DNA of 64,000 bases from Rebecca billardiae RCC1528. Lineage: Eukaryota > Protista > Haptophyta. Of the stretch, positions 1 to 10,011 are shown one piece after another; within the stretch, counting starts at the first letter, position 1, and each line of letters starts with the position of its first letter. The stretch is taken from NCBI GenBank assembly GCA_965240325.2, contig OZ251242.1:620001-684000 (forward strand). The letters run 5' to 3'. The notes under the pieces were generated by a model that had not been told where the DNA came from, did no database searches, and saw nothing but the letters and a program-made list of their open reading frames with translations. The position numbers were made by a program, and so were the translations under genes.

Positions 1-480
1 CGCCGTCGCGCGGCCGACGACCTCGGTCGCCAGCGCGCTCGCCGCGCGACCGCGGCGCGCGTGGCCGGGTGCGCACGCCGCGGGCGGCGCAGCGCGAGGA
101 CGGACGGGTCGCCGCGCCGCGCAGCGCGCGCGCCGCGCCGGGTGGACAAATGGGGGCGTGGCGCGCGCGCGCGCGCCGTCGCACGGCTGACGACCTTGGC
201 CGCGCGCGCGGGCCCCGCGCGCGCGCGCGCGCCGCGCCGGGTGGACAAATGGGGGCGTGGCGCGCGCGCGCGCGCCGTGCGGCCGACGACCTCGGTCGCC
301 AGCGCGCTCGCCGCGCGACCGCGGCGCGCGTGGCCGGACGCGCACGCTGCGGGCGGCGCCGAGCGCGAGGAGACGGGTCGATGCGCCGCGCACGAGCGGC
401 CCGCCCGGCTGAGCCAACCGTGACTGCCCGCCGCGCCGTGCGCGCGCCTTGTCCGGGTGGACAAATGGGGGCGTGGGGGC
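1..480. repeat. GC-rich tandem/satellite repeat, probably continuing left of the window
   Basis: CCGGGTGGACAAATGGGGGCGTGG occurs at 138, 237 and 453. A ~55-bp block (GGCCGACGACCTCGGTCGCCAGCGCGCTCGCC...) recurs at ~12 and ~281. Confidence 0.8.
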
Positions 481-744
481 GCCGGCGCCGCATCATCGTG
501 GGCACGTAGGCGTTCGACCGCTCAGCCGCGCAGCTTCTTCCAACCAACTCCGATATGTATAATTCTGAATAATATATAATAATGCTGACGTCGTCTGCCC
601 GTCCGCACTGACCACTGTGTGCTGAGGATGCATTCTGACCGATACGCGACTGTTGCAGTTATTGATTGCCGCGTCGTCGTCCTAACTCTATTAAACTCAG
701 ACTAACATTAACAAGTGGCGCGGCCGAGCAGCTAGCTGCAGCAG

Positions 745-2388
745 CTAAGTTCCATCGAAGGCGTCGGAGCAGGGCGCCGCAAACGTCTGGCCAGGGGCGG
801 GCAGCGCCGCGGCGGTGCCGCAGCCGGCCTCACGGGCGGGCTGCTGCGCGGGGCCGCAGCACCCGCGCGCGCACGCGCCGCTGGGCAGATGGCGGTACGG
901 TAGCCCCCGGAGGCGAACGGCGCGCGCGCCGCGCCGGCCGCCAGCAGCGGCGACGCACACGGGATCACCGCAGCACAGGTCCATGCCGTCGGCGTTGGCG
1001 ACGTAGTAGACGGTCCTGCTCGCATGCTCGCCGCGCTTGCGCTCGCACCACCTGCTCGTGGTCGAGCACGTCGCGATGCGGCCGTGCGGCGTGCTCCCTG
1101 CGTACACCCGCTGGACGCGCGGCCAGTGCCCGGTGGCGCCTGCGCCGGCCGCGTGCGCGTCGAGCTGCGCGTTGAGCCACGCGACGAGCGCGCCGCGCCC
1201 CGCGGCGCGCGCGCAGAGCGGCGCCTGCGGGTGGGGCGGCGGGCACGGCGGCGCACGCCGCGCCGCCGCCGGCGCGCCGGGGCGGGCGCTGCCCGCCGCG
1301 GCGCTCGCGGCGAACTCGAAGCGCTCGGTGCGCAGCCGCGTCAGCGCGAGCCAACGCGCCGGCTCGCAGCGCTGCCGCAGGGCGTGCCCGGCCGGCAGCG
1401 CCGAGAGCCAGGCGCAGCGCACGACGCCCGAGCCGTCGGCAGCGACGACGGCGGCGGGCAGGTAGGGCGGGCCGCCGTCCGCCTTGGCCGTGAACGGCAA
1501 GCGCAAGCCGGAGCGGTAGATCGACCCATCGACCTCGGCCTTGGCAAAGAGGGCGCGCACAGGGCTCGCCTGCAGCCGCACGTCCAGCTCCCGCGCGACG
1601 CGCTGCGCCTCCGAGGAGCTCAGGACCGCACTGTCGCCCCAGGTGGCGTGCAGGCCCGCGCGGAACAGGCCGGCGTCGTCCGCGGCGACCCCGGGGCGCG
1701 AGGGCGTCGCCGCGCGCGCCGAGACGTGCACGGCGTGGCCGCGCGCGGGACGGGGCACGCCGTGGAACGCAGCGTCTGCCGCGTCGTAGAGGTCGACGAG
1801 CAGCGCGGCGAGGGCGTCGTACGAGGGCATGCGGGAGAAGCGCAGATCCACGTCGACGCCGAACCGCGCGCGCGCGCCGAACGTCTCGACGACCATGGGC
1901 GCGCGCGCGCCAAGCAGCGCGTACGACGACGCGACGAGCGCGTCCAGCCGCGGCAGAGAGGCGCTCGGCACGTGCAGCCGACCGCCCACCCTGTGGCCGT
2001 CGGCGTCGCGGAGGAACACAATCTCGTGGGTGCACGGCTCGTCGCCGCCGGCGCGCGCGCGATTTGCCCCGGCCGGTGGTAGCACGGGCGGCCGGGCGTG
2101 GCAGTCCGAGGCAGTCGGGTGGTCGGGTCGGGTCGGGGGGGGGTCTTGGCGCGGCGCCCGGCGGCCATGGCCCGGGCTGGTCCGGACTAGCCCCGGACCG
2201 GCGTGGCAGTCGGGCGGTCGGGTCGGGTCGGGCGGTCGGGTGGGGGGGGGGGGGTCTTGGCGCGGCGTGGCACTGGCAGTCGGGTAGTCGGGTCGGGTCG
2301 GGCGGTCAGGTGGCCCGCCAAGCACAGCGGCCGTGGTCGGGTGCCGCCCGCCAGCACGGCGGCCGTGGTCGGGTGGGCCCGACTGCAC
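745..2388 (-). CDS. AEP-superfamily primase/primase-polymerase of NCLDV-herpes/PrimPol type with C-terminal Zn finger; true start uncertain, conserved part ~800-2035
   Basis: Motif I RFGVDVD, motif II GLHATW, motif III VDGSIYRSGLRLPFTAK..PYLP, N-terminal THEIV...GGRLHVP, and Zn finger SRWCERKRGEHASRTVYY...LCCGDPVC. Intronless. The first ~110 aa are translated tandem repeat. Confidence 0.8.
   Translation of the reverse strand: MQSGPPDHGRRAGGRHPTTAAVLGGPPDRPTRPDYPTASATPRQDPPPPTRPPDPTRPPDCHAGPGLVRTSPGHGRRAPRQDPPPTRPDHPTASDCHARPPVLPPAGANRARAGGDEPCTHEIVFLRDADGHRVGGRLHVPSASLPRLDALVASSYALLGARAPMVVETFGARARFGVDVDLRFSRMPSYDALAALLVDLYDAADAAFHGVPRPARGHAVHVSARAATPSRPGVAADDAGLFRAGLHATWGDSAVLSSSEAQRVARELDVRLQASPVRALFAKAEVDGSIYRSGLRLPFTAKADGGPPYLPAAVVAADGSGVVRCAWLSALPAGHALRQRCEPARWLALTRLRTERFEFAASAAAGSARPGAPAAARRAPPCPPPHPQAPLCARAAGRGALVAWLNAQLDAHAAGAGATGHWPRVQRVYAGSTPHGRIATCSTTSRWCERKRGEHASRTVYYVANADGMDLCCGDPVCVAAAGGRRGARAVRLRGLPYRHLPSGACARGCCGPAQQPAREAGCGTAAALPAPGQTFAAPCSDAFDGT
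2085..2385 (+). repeat. G-rich tandem repeats of (GGTCG)n/GGG tracts with G-quadruplex potential
   Basis: Two copies of GGCAGTC..GGTCGGGTCGGG..GGGGGGGGTCTTGGCGCGGCG (~2100, ~2205), a third partial copy, and two copies of CGGCCGTGGTCGGGT. Confidence 0.75.
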
Positions 2389-3000
2389 CGCTCAACAGCT
2401 AGGGATGACGAGGAATCGGGCGTGTCACGTCGGCCAATCAGAGCGCGCGCGCGTGCGCGCCCACTTACAGCTTCCCGCACTCTTCCTGGAAACTCCAGAT
2501 TCCTGCAAAAATGGCAGGATAGACCTACAATAACTGATTGTCTAAGAGGACGACAAGAACGCCGGGCGCCAGCGCCGCTCATCAGCCACATCGCCCTCTA
2601 CCAGACCATCGCCTCAAAGCGCTGCTCCCGGACAAACAGTCTGTCCGGGTTTGTCGCCGCGGAGATCTGCTGTTTCCGGCGCCCCCTGGCTGCTTCGCCA
2701 GGCGCGGGCGCGCGAGATGGCTGCAGCCGGGCTCGTGGCCCTGCGTCGCCGGCGGCGGCGGCTCGCACGCGGGTGGCGCGTCGCGTGCACCGACCAACAT
2801 CTTTCGGCAAACTCACGCACCGCGTCTCGTCGACGGCGAGCGGCATGCCCACCGCATCTGCTGCCGCTCGCCAAGGCATGAGGACACGTAAATCCCACTG
2901 AGTAGGAACACACGCAGCCGCCTCGGCATCGACATGCCAGGCGGCGTGCCCACCTTCGGCCAGCAGTTGGCGTCGGCGTTCCGCGAGCAGACGGCTAGAC

Positions 3001-3180
3001 ATATATATATATATGTAGTATACTATATATATGTCGTATATATAGTACTACGGTCGCGCGCGCGTCCCAGTCACCGAGTACCGACACAGTCCGACTCGTC
3101 TGTCGAGTGATCCGTAACTGCATTATCATATATATATATCATAATAATACTAATATATATATATATATATATATATATTA
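3001..3180. repeat. Interrupted (TA)n microsatellites
   Basis: TA runs at 3001-3045 and 3128-3180. Confidence 0.9.
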
Positions 3181-3413
3181 GTATTGATATCGATCGATGA
3201 TCTGCTGCGCTGATGACGATGGCGAAGGCGATGCGCGCGCGATGATCGCCGATGATCCGGGACATCGGCGGCGTGACGATGATGCAACCGATGTCCCGCC
3301 CGATGATGACGACGAGTACGACGACTCTGTCAGACTACGACTCTGACAGCACGGGCGGCGTGCATCTGGGCACACGGCGCGGGTGCGAGCAGAAGGTACC
3401 GCGGCGACGGCGC

Positions 3414-4691
3414 TCAGCCGCGCAGCGCGGCGCTGCCGTACACGGAGACCATCTCCTCGGGCGAGACGAGCGCCGACTTGAAGCTCGGCCCCTCGCGCGC
3501 GGGCCGGCCGACCTTGGTGGGCGGCAGCGTCTGGTAGTGGAAGAGGCTGGGCGCGCCGCCCGTGTGCACGAAGAGGACCTTCTCGGCGGTGCGGAGCGCG
3601 CCGGAGCGCACGAGGCCGAAGAGGCCCGCGGCGCCCTTCCCGGTGTACACCGGGTCGAGCAGGATGCCCTCGCGCGTCGCGAACGCGTGCACCGCCTCCG
3701 CCATCTCGTCTGTGGGCAGCGAGTAGCCCGGGCCCACGTACTCGTCGTGCACAATCACGCCCTCGGCGGGCGCGCCCGCGGTGCCGAGCAGCTCGGAGGT
3801 GGCGAGGGCGAGCTTGTGGATCTTCGCGGCCTGCGCGTCTCTCGCCGCGCGCGTCGAGACGCCGTGCACCGGCGTGCCGTCGCCCGCCGCCGCCAGCCCG
3901 GCGACGAGGCCGGCGTGCGTGCCGCCCGAGCCGGAGCAGACGACGATCGCGTCGAACGCGCCGTGCACGTGCGCGTACTCGGCGATCTCGAGGGCGGCGC
4001 GCGCGTAGCCGACCGCGCCAAGGGCGTTGGAGCCACCGCCCGGGATCAGGTACGGCCGCTTGCCCTCGGCGCGCAGCCGCTCCATCTCGCGCTCCTCGGC
4101 CGCGGGCACCTCGCCCAGGCCGACCGCCGTCGCGCTCGCGCCCAGCAGCTTGAACGAGTAGTTGTTGCCGCCGGCGTGCGGGTCGTACGTGCCGGGCACG
4201 CGCTCCTCGAGGATGATGTGGCACGCCAAGCCCTCGCGCGCCGCCGCCGACGCGGTCAGCCGGCAGTGGTTGCTCTGCACCGCGCCGCTCGTGACGAGCG
4301 TGTCTGCGCCCGCCGCGATCGCCGCCTGCACGATGTAGTCGAGCTTGCGCGTCTTGGAGCCACCGCCCGCGAGCGGGAGGAGATCGTCGCGCTTCACGTA
4401 GATCTGCGGGCCGCCGAGAAGTGCCGAGAGTCGCGGCAGGTGCTCGATCGGCGTCGGCGTCGCCACGTACTGCCGGCGCGGCACGCTCTCGATCGCGCGC
4501 GCCGCATTGTCGATCCGCACGCGCTGCGCGGAGAAGAAGAAGTCGGCGTCGGTGGGCGCGGTGGAGAGGCGCGAGTCGGACTGCGGCGTGCGGATGCCCT
4601 CGTCCTCGCTCGACGGGCGCTTGCTCTTCGCCTCCACCGGCGCGAGGTCCTTTGCTGCGTTGCTCGTCTCGTGCATCATCATCGTCTGCAT
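3414..4691 (-). CDS. dcyD: D-cysteine desulfhydrase / ACC deaminase family PLP enzyme
   Basis: YVKRDD..GGGSKTRKLDY (PLP lysine), GAVQSNHCR, SGSGGTHAG, LLDPVYTGK, FVHTGG. Confidence 0.9.
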   Translation of the reverse strand: MQTMMMHETSNAAKDLAPVEAKSKRPSSEDEGIRTPQSDSRLSTAPTDADFFFSAQRVRIDNAARAIESVPRRQYVATPTPIEHLPRLSALLGGPQIYVKRDDLLPLAGGGSKTRKLDYIVQAAIAAGADTLVTSGAVQSNHCRLTASAAAREGLACHIILEERVPGTYDPHAGGNNYSFKLLGASATAVGLGEVPAAEEREMERLRAEGKRPYLIPGGGSNALGAVGYARAALEIAEYAHVHGAFDAIVVCSGSGGTHAGLVAGLAAAGDGTPVHGVSTRAARDAQAAKIHKLALATSELLGTAGAPAEGVIVHDEYVGPGYSLPTDEMAEAVHAFATREGILLDPVYTGKGAAGLFGLVRSGALRTAEKVLFVHTGGAPSLFHYQTLPPTKVGRPAREGPSFKSALVSPEEMVSVYGSAALRG

Positions 4692-4971
4692 CGTCGGCGT
4701 AATGTCGACCTGGACCGTCCAGACAGCGCGCCGGTTTGGAGAAGATTGCGTGACCGTTCGCGCGCGGATTCGGCAGAATCCGCCGCCGCCGCGTGGGGTG
4801 GTTTCCTTCCGGAAGCTCCAAAGTAGGCGCCGACCGGCCGGCTTGCCTGTTCATCATCAACTTCGCGGTCATACGGTATTTGTACTGGTAAGATTCTGAG
4901 ATATGCAGACGTGCAGACTTGATGCACGAGCAACGGACGCCGCCATTGTACCTTACAGCCAGCTTAGGAGT

Positions 4972-5889
4972 TCACTCGCTGCGGGCGATGACGGTGCCCT
5001 CGCCGGGCGGCTCGCCCGAGATCGCGCGCTCGGCGGCGGGCGTGCCCACCCGCGCCAGGTAGGTCGGGATGCCCGCGCGCGCGAGGTCGCGGGCGGAGCG
5101 CAGCTTGGCCTCCAGCCCGCCCGTCACGTCGTGACTCGCCGTCGCCGTGCGCACGGCCGCTCCGCGCGGGGCCCCCGAGAGCGTGGCGCGGCCGGCGGCG
5201 TCGACGGCGATCCGCTCGATCAGCGCGGCGTCTGCCTCCGTCGGCGGCCGGTCGTACACGCCGGGCACGTCCATCAGGAAGACCGCGTGCGACGGCCGCA
5301 GGTGCAGCCCGAGCGCGAGCACGAGCTCGTCGCCGCTCAGGATCGCAAAGCCCTGCGTCTCGTCGAGCACCGCGTCGCCGTGCAGCACCGGCACGAGCCC
5401 GGCGCGGAGGGCGCGCTCCACCGCGTCGAGCGCGTCCGTGTGGATCGAGCGCGACGACGTGCGCCACGTCGGGAACGGCGAGATGCCGACGGCGGGCACG
5501 CCGTGGTCGACCAGCGCCTTCACGACGAGCGCGTTCAGTCTCGTCACGGACGAGCGGGTCTTGGCGAAGCCGAGCGCCGAGTCGGCGTGCGCGTCGCGGC
5601 CCTGCTGGATCGAGTACTCCTTCGCGTGGTGGTGGCCGAACGAGCCCGCGCCGTGCACGATCGCGAGCCGCGGCGCGCGCTCGCCCTGCTGCATCAGCCG
5701 GCCAATCGACGCGGCCGTCGCGGCGAGCGCCTCGCGGTTGAGCGTCTCGAACGTGGCCTTGTCCGTGAGCGCCGAGCCGCCCAGCTTGACCACGCAGTCC
5801 AGCGCGTCGCCGCGCTCGAGGACGCCGCGCGCGTGCGGGGCGGCGAGCGCCATCGCCGCCACGATAGCCACGCGGTGCACGGTCGCCAT
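4972..5889 (-). CDS. IPK: Isopentenyl phosphate kinase (amino-acid kinase family)
   Basis: VVKLGGSALTDK, IVHGAGSFGH (IPK signature His), PVLHGDAV, ILSGD, DVTGG. ATG at 5889 is followed by a hydrophobic signal-like segment. Confidence 0.85.
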   Translation of the reverse strand: MATVHRVAIVAAMALAAPHARGVLERGDALDCVVKLGGSALTDKATFETLNREALAATAASIGRLMQQGERAPRLAIVHGAGSFGHHHAKEYSIQQGRDAHADSALGFAKTRSSVTRLNALVVKALVDHGVPAVGISPFPTWRTSSRSIHTDALDAVERALRAGLVPVLHGDAVLDETQGFAILSGDELVLALGLHLRPSHAVFLMDVPGVYDRPPTEADAALIERIAVDAAGRATLSGAPRGAAVRTATASHDVTGGLEAKLRSARDLARAGIPTYLARVGTPAAERAISGEPPGEGTVIARSE

Positions 5890-5944
5890 CGATCTGGCCT
5901 GACCGGTGTGTTTGCCGGGCCCAGCCGGACCGACACAGAGCGCG

Positions 5945-6916
5945 ATGGCGTCGAAGCGCGCGCGCATCGGCGACGGCCGTGGCGCTGCGGGCGTCAAGGC
6001 GCTCCGCGCCCGGGCGGGCGGCCTTGGCGCGACCGCCACGCTGGAGCAGTGTCCAGTGTGCTCTCGCCACGTGCCGTCCGTGCGGCTCCAGACGCATGTG
6101 AACGAGTGCCTTGACGCTCCTCGTGAGGGGTCGCAGACGAGGACTACTGAAGCGCCAGGGTCGCTCGGCCGCGACGCACCGCGGCCAAGGCCGGGTGCGA
6201 ACAGCGAGGATGGCCCGTGGCTGCGCACGCACGCGGAGCTCATCGGTCACTACACGCTCGACGACTTTGTGAGCGCGGAGGAGGAGGCGGCCCTCCTCGC
6301 CTGGCTCGGCGCGCCGGACGCGGACGCGCAGAGCGCGCCTGCGTGGCGGCTGCGCAACATGAACGGCTGGTCGTACGGCAAGCGATGGGGCGTGCTCACC
6401 GACCTGCGCAGGCGCACGCAGGCGATGCCAGAGCACCCGATGCCGCACGCCCTCCGATTCGTGGCAGAGCGGCTGCGTGCGCGCGCGCGGCGAGTGCTTG
6501 GCCCGGATTGGCTGCCCACAGAGGCGAACGCCATCGCCTACGAGCGCGCGCGGGGGCACTCGCTCGAGCCGCATGTGGACGACCGCTCGCTGAGTGGCCA
6601 GGCGATCTGCACGCTCAGCCTGGGCGGGGACGCGGTGATGACCTTCCGGCGGGACGTCCGCGCGCCTGCCGCGCTGCCGAGCGAGGTGCGCGTGCCACTG
6701 CCTCGGCGCGCGCTGTGCGTCATGACACGAAGCTGTCGGTACAACTACTCGCACGGCATCGCGAATGCCGACCTGCCAGGCGATGGGCGGCGCGTGTCTA
6801 TCACGTTCCGGCGAGGCGCCTTCATGCCACCTGGCGGCGCGGCCGCCGTCTGGGCGCAGCAGCCCATCACTGCTAGCAGTAGCAGTCGCGACGACGCGGT
6901 CACGACGTTTCTCTAG
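5945..6916 (+). CDS. AlkB-family 2OG-Fe(II) dioxygenase with N-terminal UBZ4-type Zn finger
   Basis: CPVC..HVNEC; NAIAYE..HVDD (HxD), LSLGG, YSHGI, RVSITFR. Confidence 0.85.
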   Translation: MASKRARIGDGRGAAGVKALRARAGGLGATATLEQCPVCSRHVPSVRLQTHVNECLDAPREGSQTRTTEAPGSLGRDAPRPRPGANSEDGPWLRTHAELIGHYTLDDFVSAEEEAALLAWLGAPDADAQSAPAWRLRNMNGWSYGKRWGVLTDLRRRTQAMPEHPMPHALRFVAERLRARARRVLGPDWLPTEANAIAYERARGHSLEPHVDDRSLSGQAICTLSLGGDAVMTFRRDVRAPAALPSEVRVPLPRRALCVMTRSCRYNYSHGIANADLPGDGRRVSITFRRGAFMPPGGAAAVWAQQPITASSSSRDDAVTTFL

Positions 6917-7047
6917 CAGGTCTAGGCCTAGCTAGGGCGCCGATCAGGTCGGCCACGCGCCATAGGGCCTAAGCCGCCAGCGCGCCGCCCAGCCGGGTGC
7001 TGGGCGCCTGGAGAGTGCTTGAGGCAGCGAACAATAATATATATATA

Positions 7048-10011
7048 GGTAACAAATTGGATCCCTGTCGGATCCCAAATAGGGCAGCGCGGAAGTCCGT
7101 TATGAGGGCCGCCATCGCCAGTGCGCCCCGCCGACACCCCCTCCGCCGTGCTGCCGCTCAAACTCGAGCGAGTTCGCCCGACACGTTGTCGGCGGGCTCC
7201 CACGAGTCGGGCCACGGTTGCCCAGCTCCGTCCACTCCCTCCCAGCGCACAATGTAGCCGACGACACCGTCGCGTGTCTCCTTGCTCACAATGTCATCGA
7301 CGGGGTACAGCTCGTCGTCGTCCTCGTCCCTCGTCGTCCTCGCAGCCACTGACAATGTCGCTGTCGTCGTCCTCGTCGTCCTCGTCGTCCTCATCGAGCA
7401 CCTCCTCGTCACTCTCCGACGCGCCATCGTCACCCCGACCCGTCCTGCCTCGCTCGGTGCGTGCCCGCTTGGCGTGCGGTTGTGCATCGCTGGACGCAGC
7501 TGCCGGGTTGCGGATGAAGTCAGCAAGCGCGCGGACGAAGCCCTTGATGCGCTCGAGCGCGGGCATGCGCGCGAGAGAGCCCTGTGTGGAAGAGCGGATC
7601 ACCTCGTAGCCACCCACGAGCGCAGCATCGCTCGCGCCGATGAGCGCGCCGACGGTCGGCCACTGCGCGCTCAGTTTGTTTGCTAGCTCGGCTCTGACGC
7701 CAACGTTGCCGCCGCTCACGAGCTTGTGCAGCGCGCCGAGCGGCGTGATGCTCACGATGCGCGGGTTGAAGATAAACGAGCCGCTCGAGCGCGCCGCCGC
7801 CACTCCGCCGCCGCCGCCGGCGCCGTCGCCGCCACCGCCGCCATCGCCGCCGCCGCCGCCGCTGTCGCCGCCACCGCCGCGCCCGCGCGCTGCCGCGCCC
7901 GCGCGCGCCGCCGCGCGCGGGGCCCGCGCACCATCAGTGCCGTCGTCGTCGTCGTCATCGTCGTCGATGTCGGTGCCGTCATCGCCAGCGTCCCGCTCGT
8001 CATCAGACTCGGCCATGTGGTCCTCCTTCGCCTGTGCTTTGTCGACCATCAGCTGCAGGCGCGCCACCGTGTACGACGGCGCCTGCTTGAGCGTCGTGAT
8101 GAGCATATCAGCTCGAGCCGGCCAAATATGGGCCCGCCGACGGCGATGATGTGCAGGGAGTACCCGTCCGGGTCACCATGAAACAAACCTCGCTGCGGCG
8201 TCGGCCGTGCCCATCGTCTTCTGCAGCTCGGTCGCCTGGCACGCCGACGCCTCGCGCCGTGTTCGAGCTCCTCGCCGCTGCTCAGCACGTTCACCTTGGT
8301 GCGCGAGCCGAGGCGCTGGGAGATCGACGCGAGGAAGCAAGGGCAGCCGCGGATGACCGAGCGATGTGCGCGGTGCACCTTGAGCCGCCCGTGCCGCAGC
8401 TCCTCGGGTACGGGCTCGCCCTCGCCGTAGAGCCTCGCGTGCCAACGCGCCTCGCGCCAGAGGCGCAAGCTGACGCTGAGATCGAAATGCTCGCGCGTTG
8501 CGGCTGAAGATCGGCGCAAGGGTCGAGAGCAGCTGCAAGATCACGCCTCGCGCCTCCTTGCGCTTGGGCATCTCCTTGATCAACCCCGCGACGCGCGTCA
8601 ACGCATCGCCCTGCTTGCCCATCAGCCGAGCCGCTCTCCGCCGCGCGGGCTCACGCGCGCTCTGGTTGGCGTCGACCCAGTCGCCCAGCCCGAGGGCGCG
8701 GTGCGCCCTTGTCGGGCTGCCCGGCAAGAGCACGTTCACGAGCTCCTTGACGAGCGCCTTGGCCGCGCGGCGCAACTCGCGCCAGTACGACGCGCCAATA
8801 TCCGCGGGCGGCTTCGTGACATGCGCCGTGACCGGGCCCGACAGCTTCAGCAGCTCGCCATCCGCCGCGCCTACGGGGTTGGTGATGCCGAGCACGCGGA
8901 AGCAGAGGATGGTCTCCGGCGGCAGCGCGGGCTCGGCGGCGGGCTCTGAGGCGGGGGCAGCAGCGGGGGCGGCGACGGCGAGCGTGGAGAGCACGGACAT
9001 GTGCGGCCATAGCCATGGCGCCGACGGGCGCGGGTCTGGCGGGATCTCCGACGGGAGCGAGTCGAGCCACTCGATGATGCTCATCGGCGCGCAGCGCACG
9101 CCGCGCTGCCGCTGCGAGCGGCGCGCACGCGCGCGCGCTTGCGCGCGCTCGACCTCGACATCTGGCTCGCGGGGCGGGATGCTGCAGCCGAACCAATGCC
9201 AGTAGAGCTTACGCCCGTGCACGCTCAGGCAAGTGCAGTGGGTCGTGTGAATCGTCGTCCTGGCCTCAATCGACACGCGCCAGCCGAGTCCCCGCACGCA
9301 GCTGTAGCCGCCACGGAAGGTCGGCCGCGCGAACTGCGTTGTTGAACACGGCGGGGTCCGAGGCGCCGAAGGCACCTGCAAGGGTGTGGCTGAGGTGGAT
9401 TCTGACCCAAAGAGCCACCGCCTCCGTGATGCAGAGGGCGTACCAGCGGTCCTTCTCGAGCATGTGCTTCATGCCGTGAATGATTGAGGCAGCCTCAGTC
9501 TTGTCACAGCTGCGCGAGAACGACGACCGACCTTGCGACCAAAATGCTGGATTATCAGAGAGATGCCAGCAGGGCATAGCGTGCGCCGATTTTGGTCGCA
9601 AGGTCGCATCGCCTTCTTGAACTGTGCGCGCGCGAAGTGCCGGCTCGATTCGGGGATGGTGCGCAAAGATGCAACACGCGCACTCGGAGGTGCGGGGCAA
9701 GCACGGGCGCCGTGCGGGAGCGCGACATCGCGCTCCTACGAGTGCACCACCTGCCCACAGCCGAGGTGGCCCCGCGGCGGGCGTTTCAAGACCGCCCTCG
9801 GCTCGCGACGCGACGAGCTCGTCGATGCGGCTGCCCAGCGCGCTCTTGCCGGTTGGCGAGCGTTTCGACCGGGAGCGAAGCGCGGCGCAATAAGAAGGCG
9901 AGCCAACCGCGGTCCGCTGATAGCAATGGCCAATACGGGATCGCAAATACTTATTGCGGGATCGTTTTGCAACGACTTCCGCGCCTGATCTGCCGCACAA
10001 AGGATTTTTTA

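Noticed and set aside
1-480. CRISPR-like array (24-bp repeat three times)
   Set aside because: Spacers are 75 and ~190 bp and partly repeat each other; eukaryotic context and no cas genes.
580-3000. Possible terminal inverted repeats around the primase region
   Set aside because: Only a 7-bp CGTCTGC match near the two AT-rich borders, too weak to call an element boundary.
2598-3002. 134-aa minus-strand ORF upstream of the primase
   Set aside because: Its ATG is created by the TA repeat edge and no domain is recognisable; it cannot be supported as a gene.
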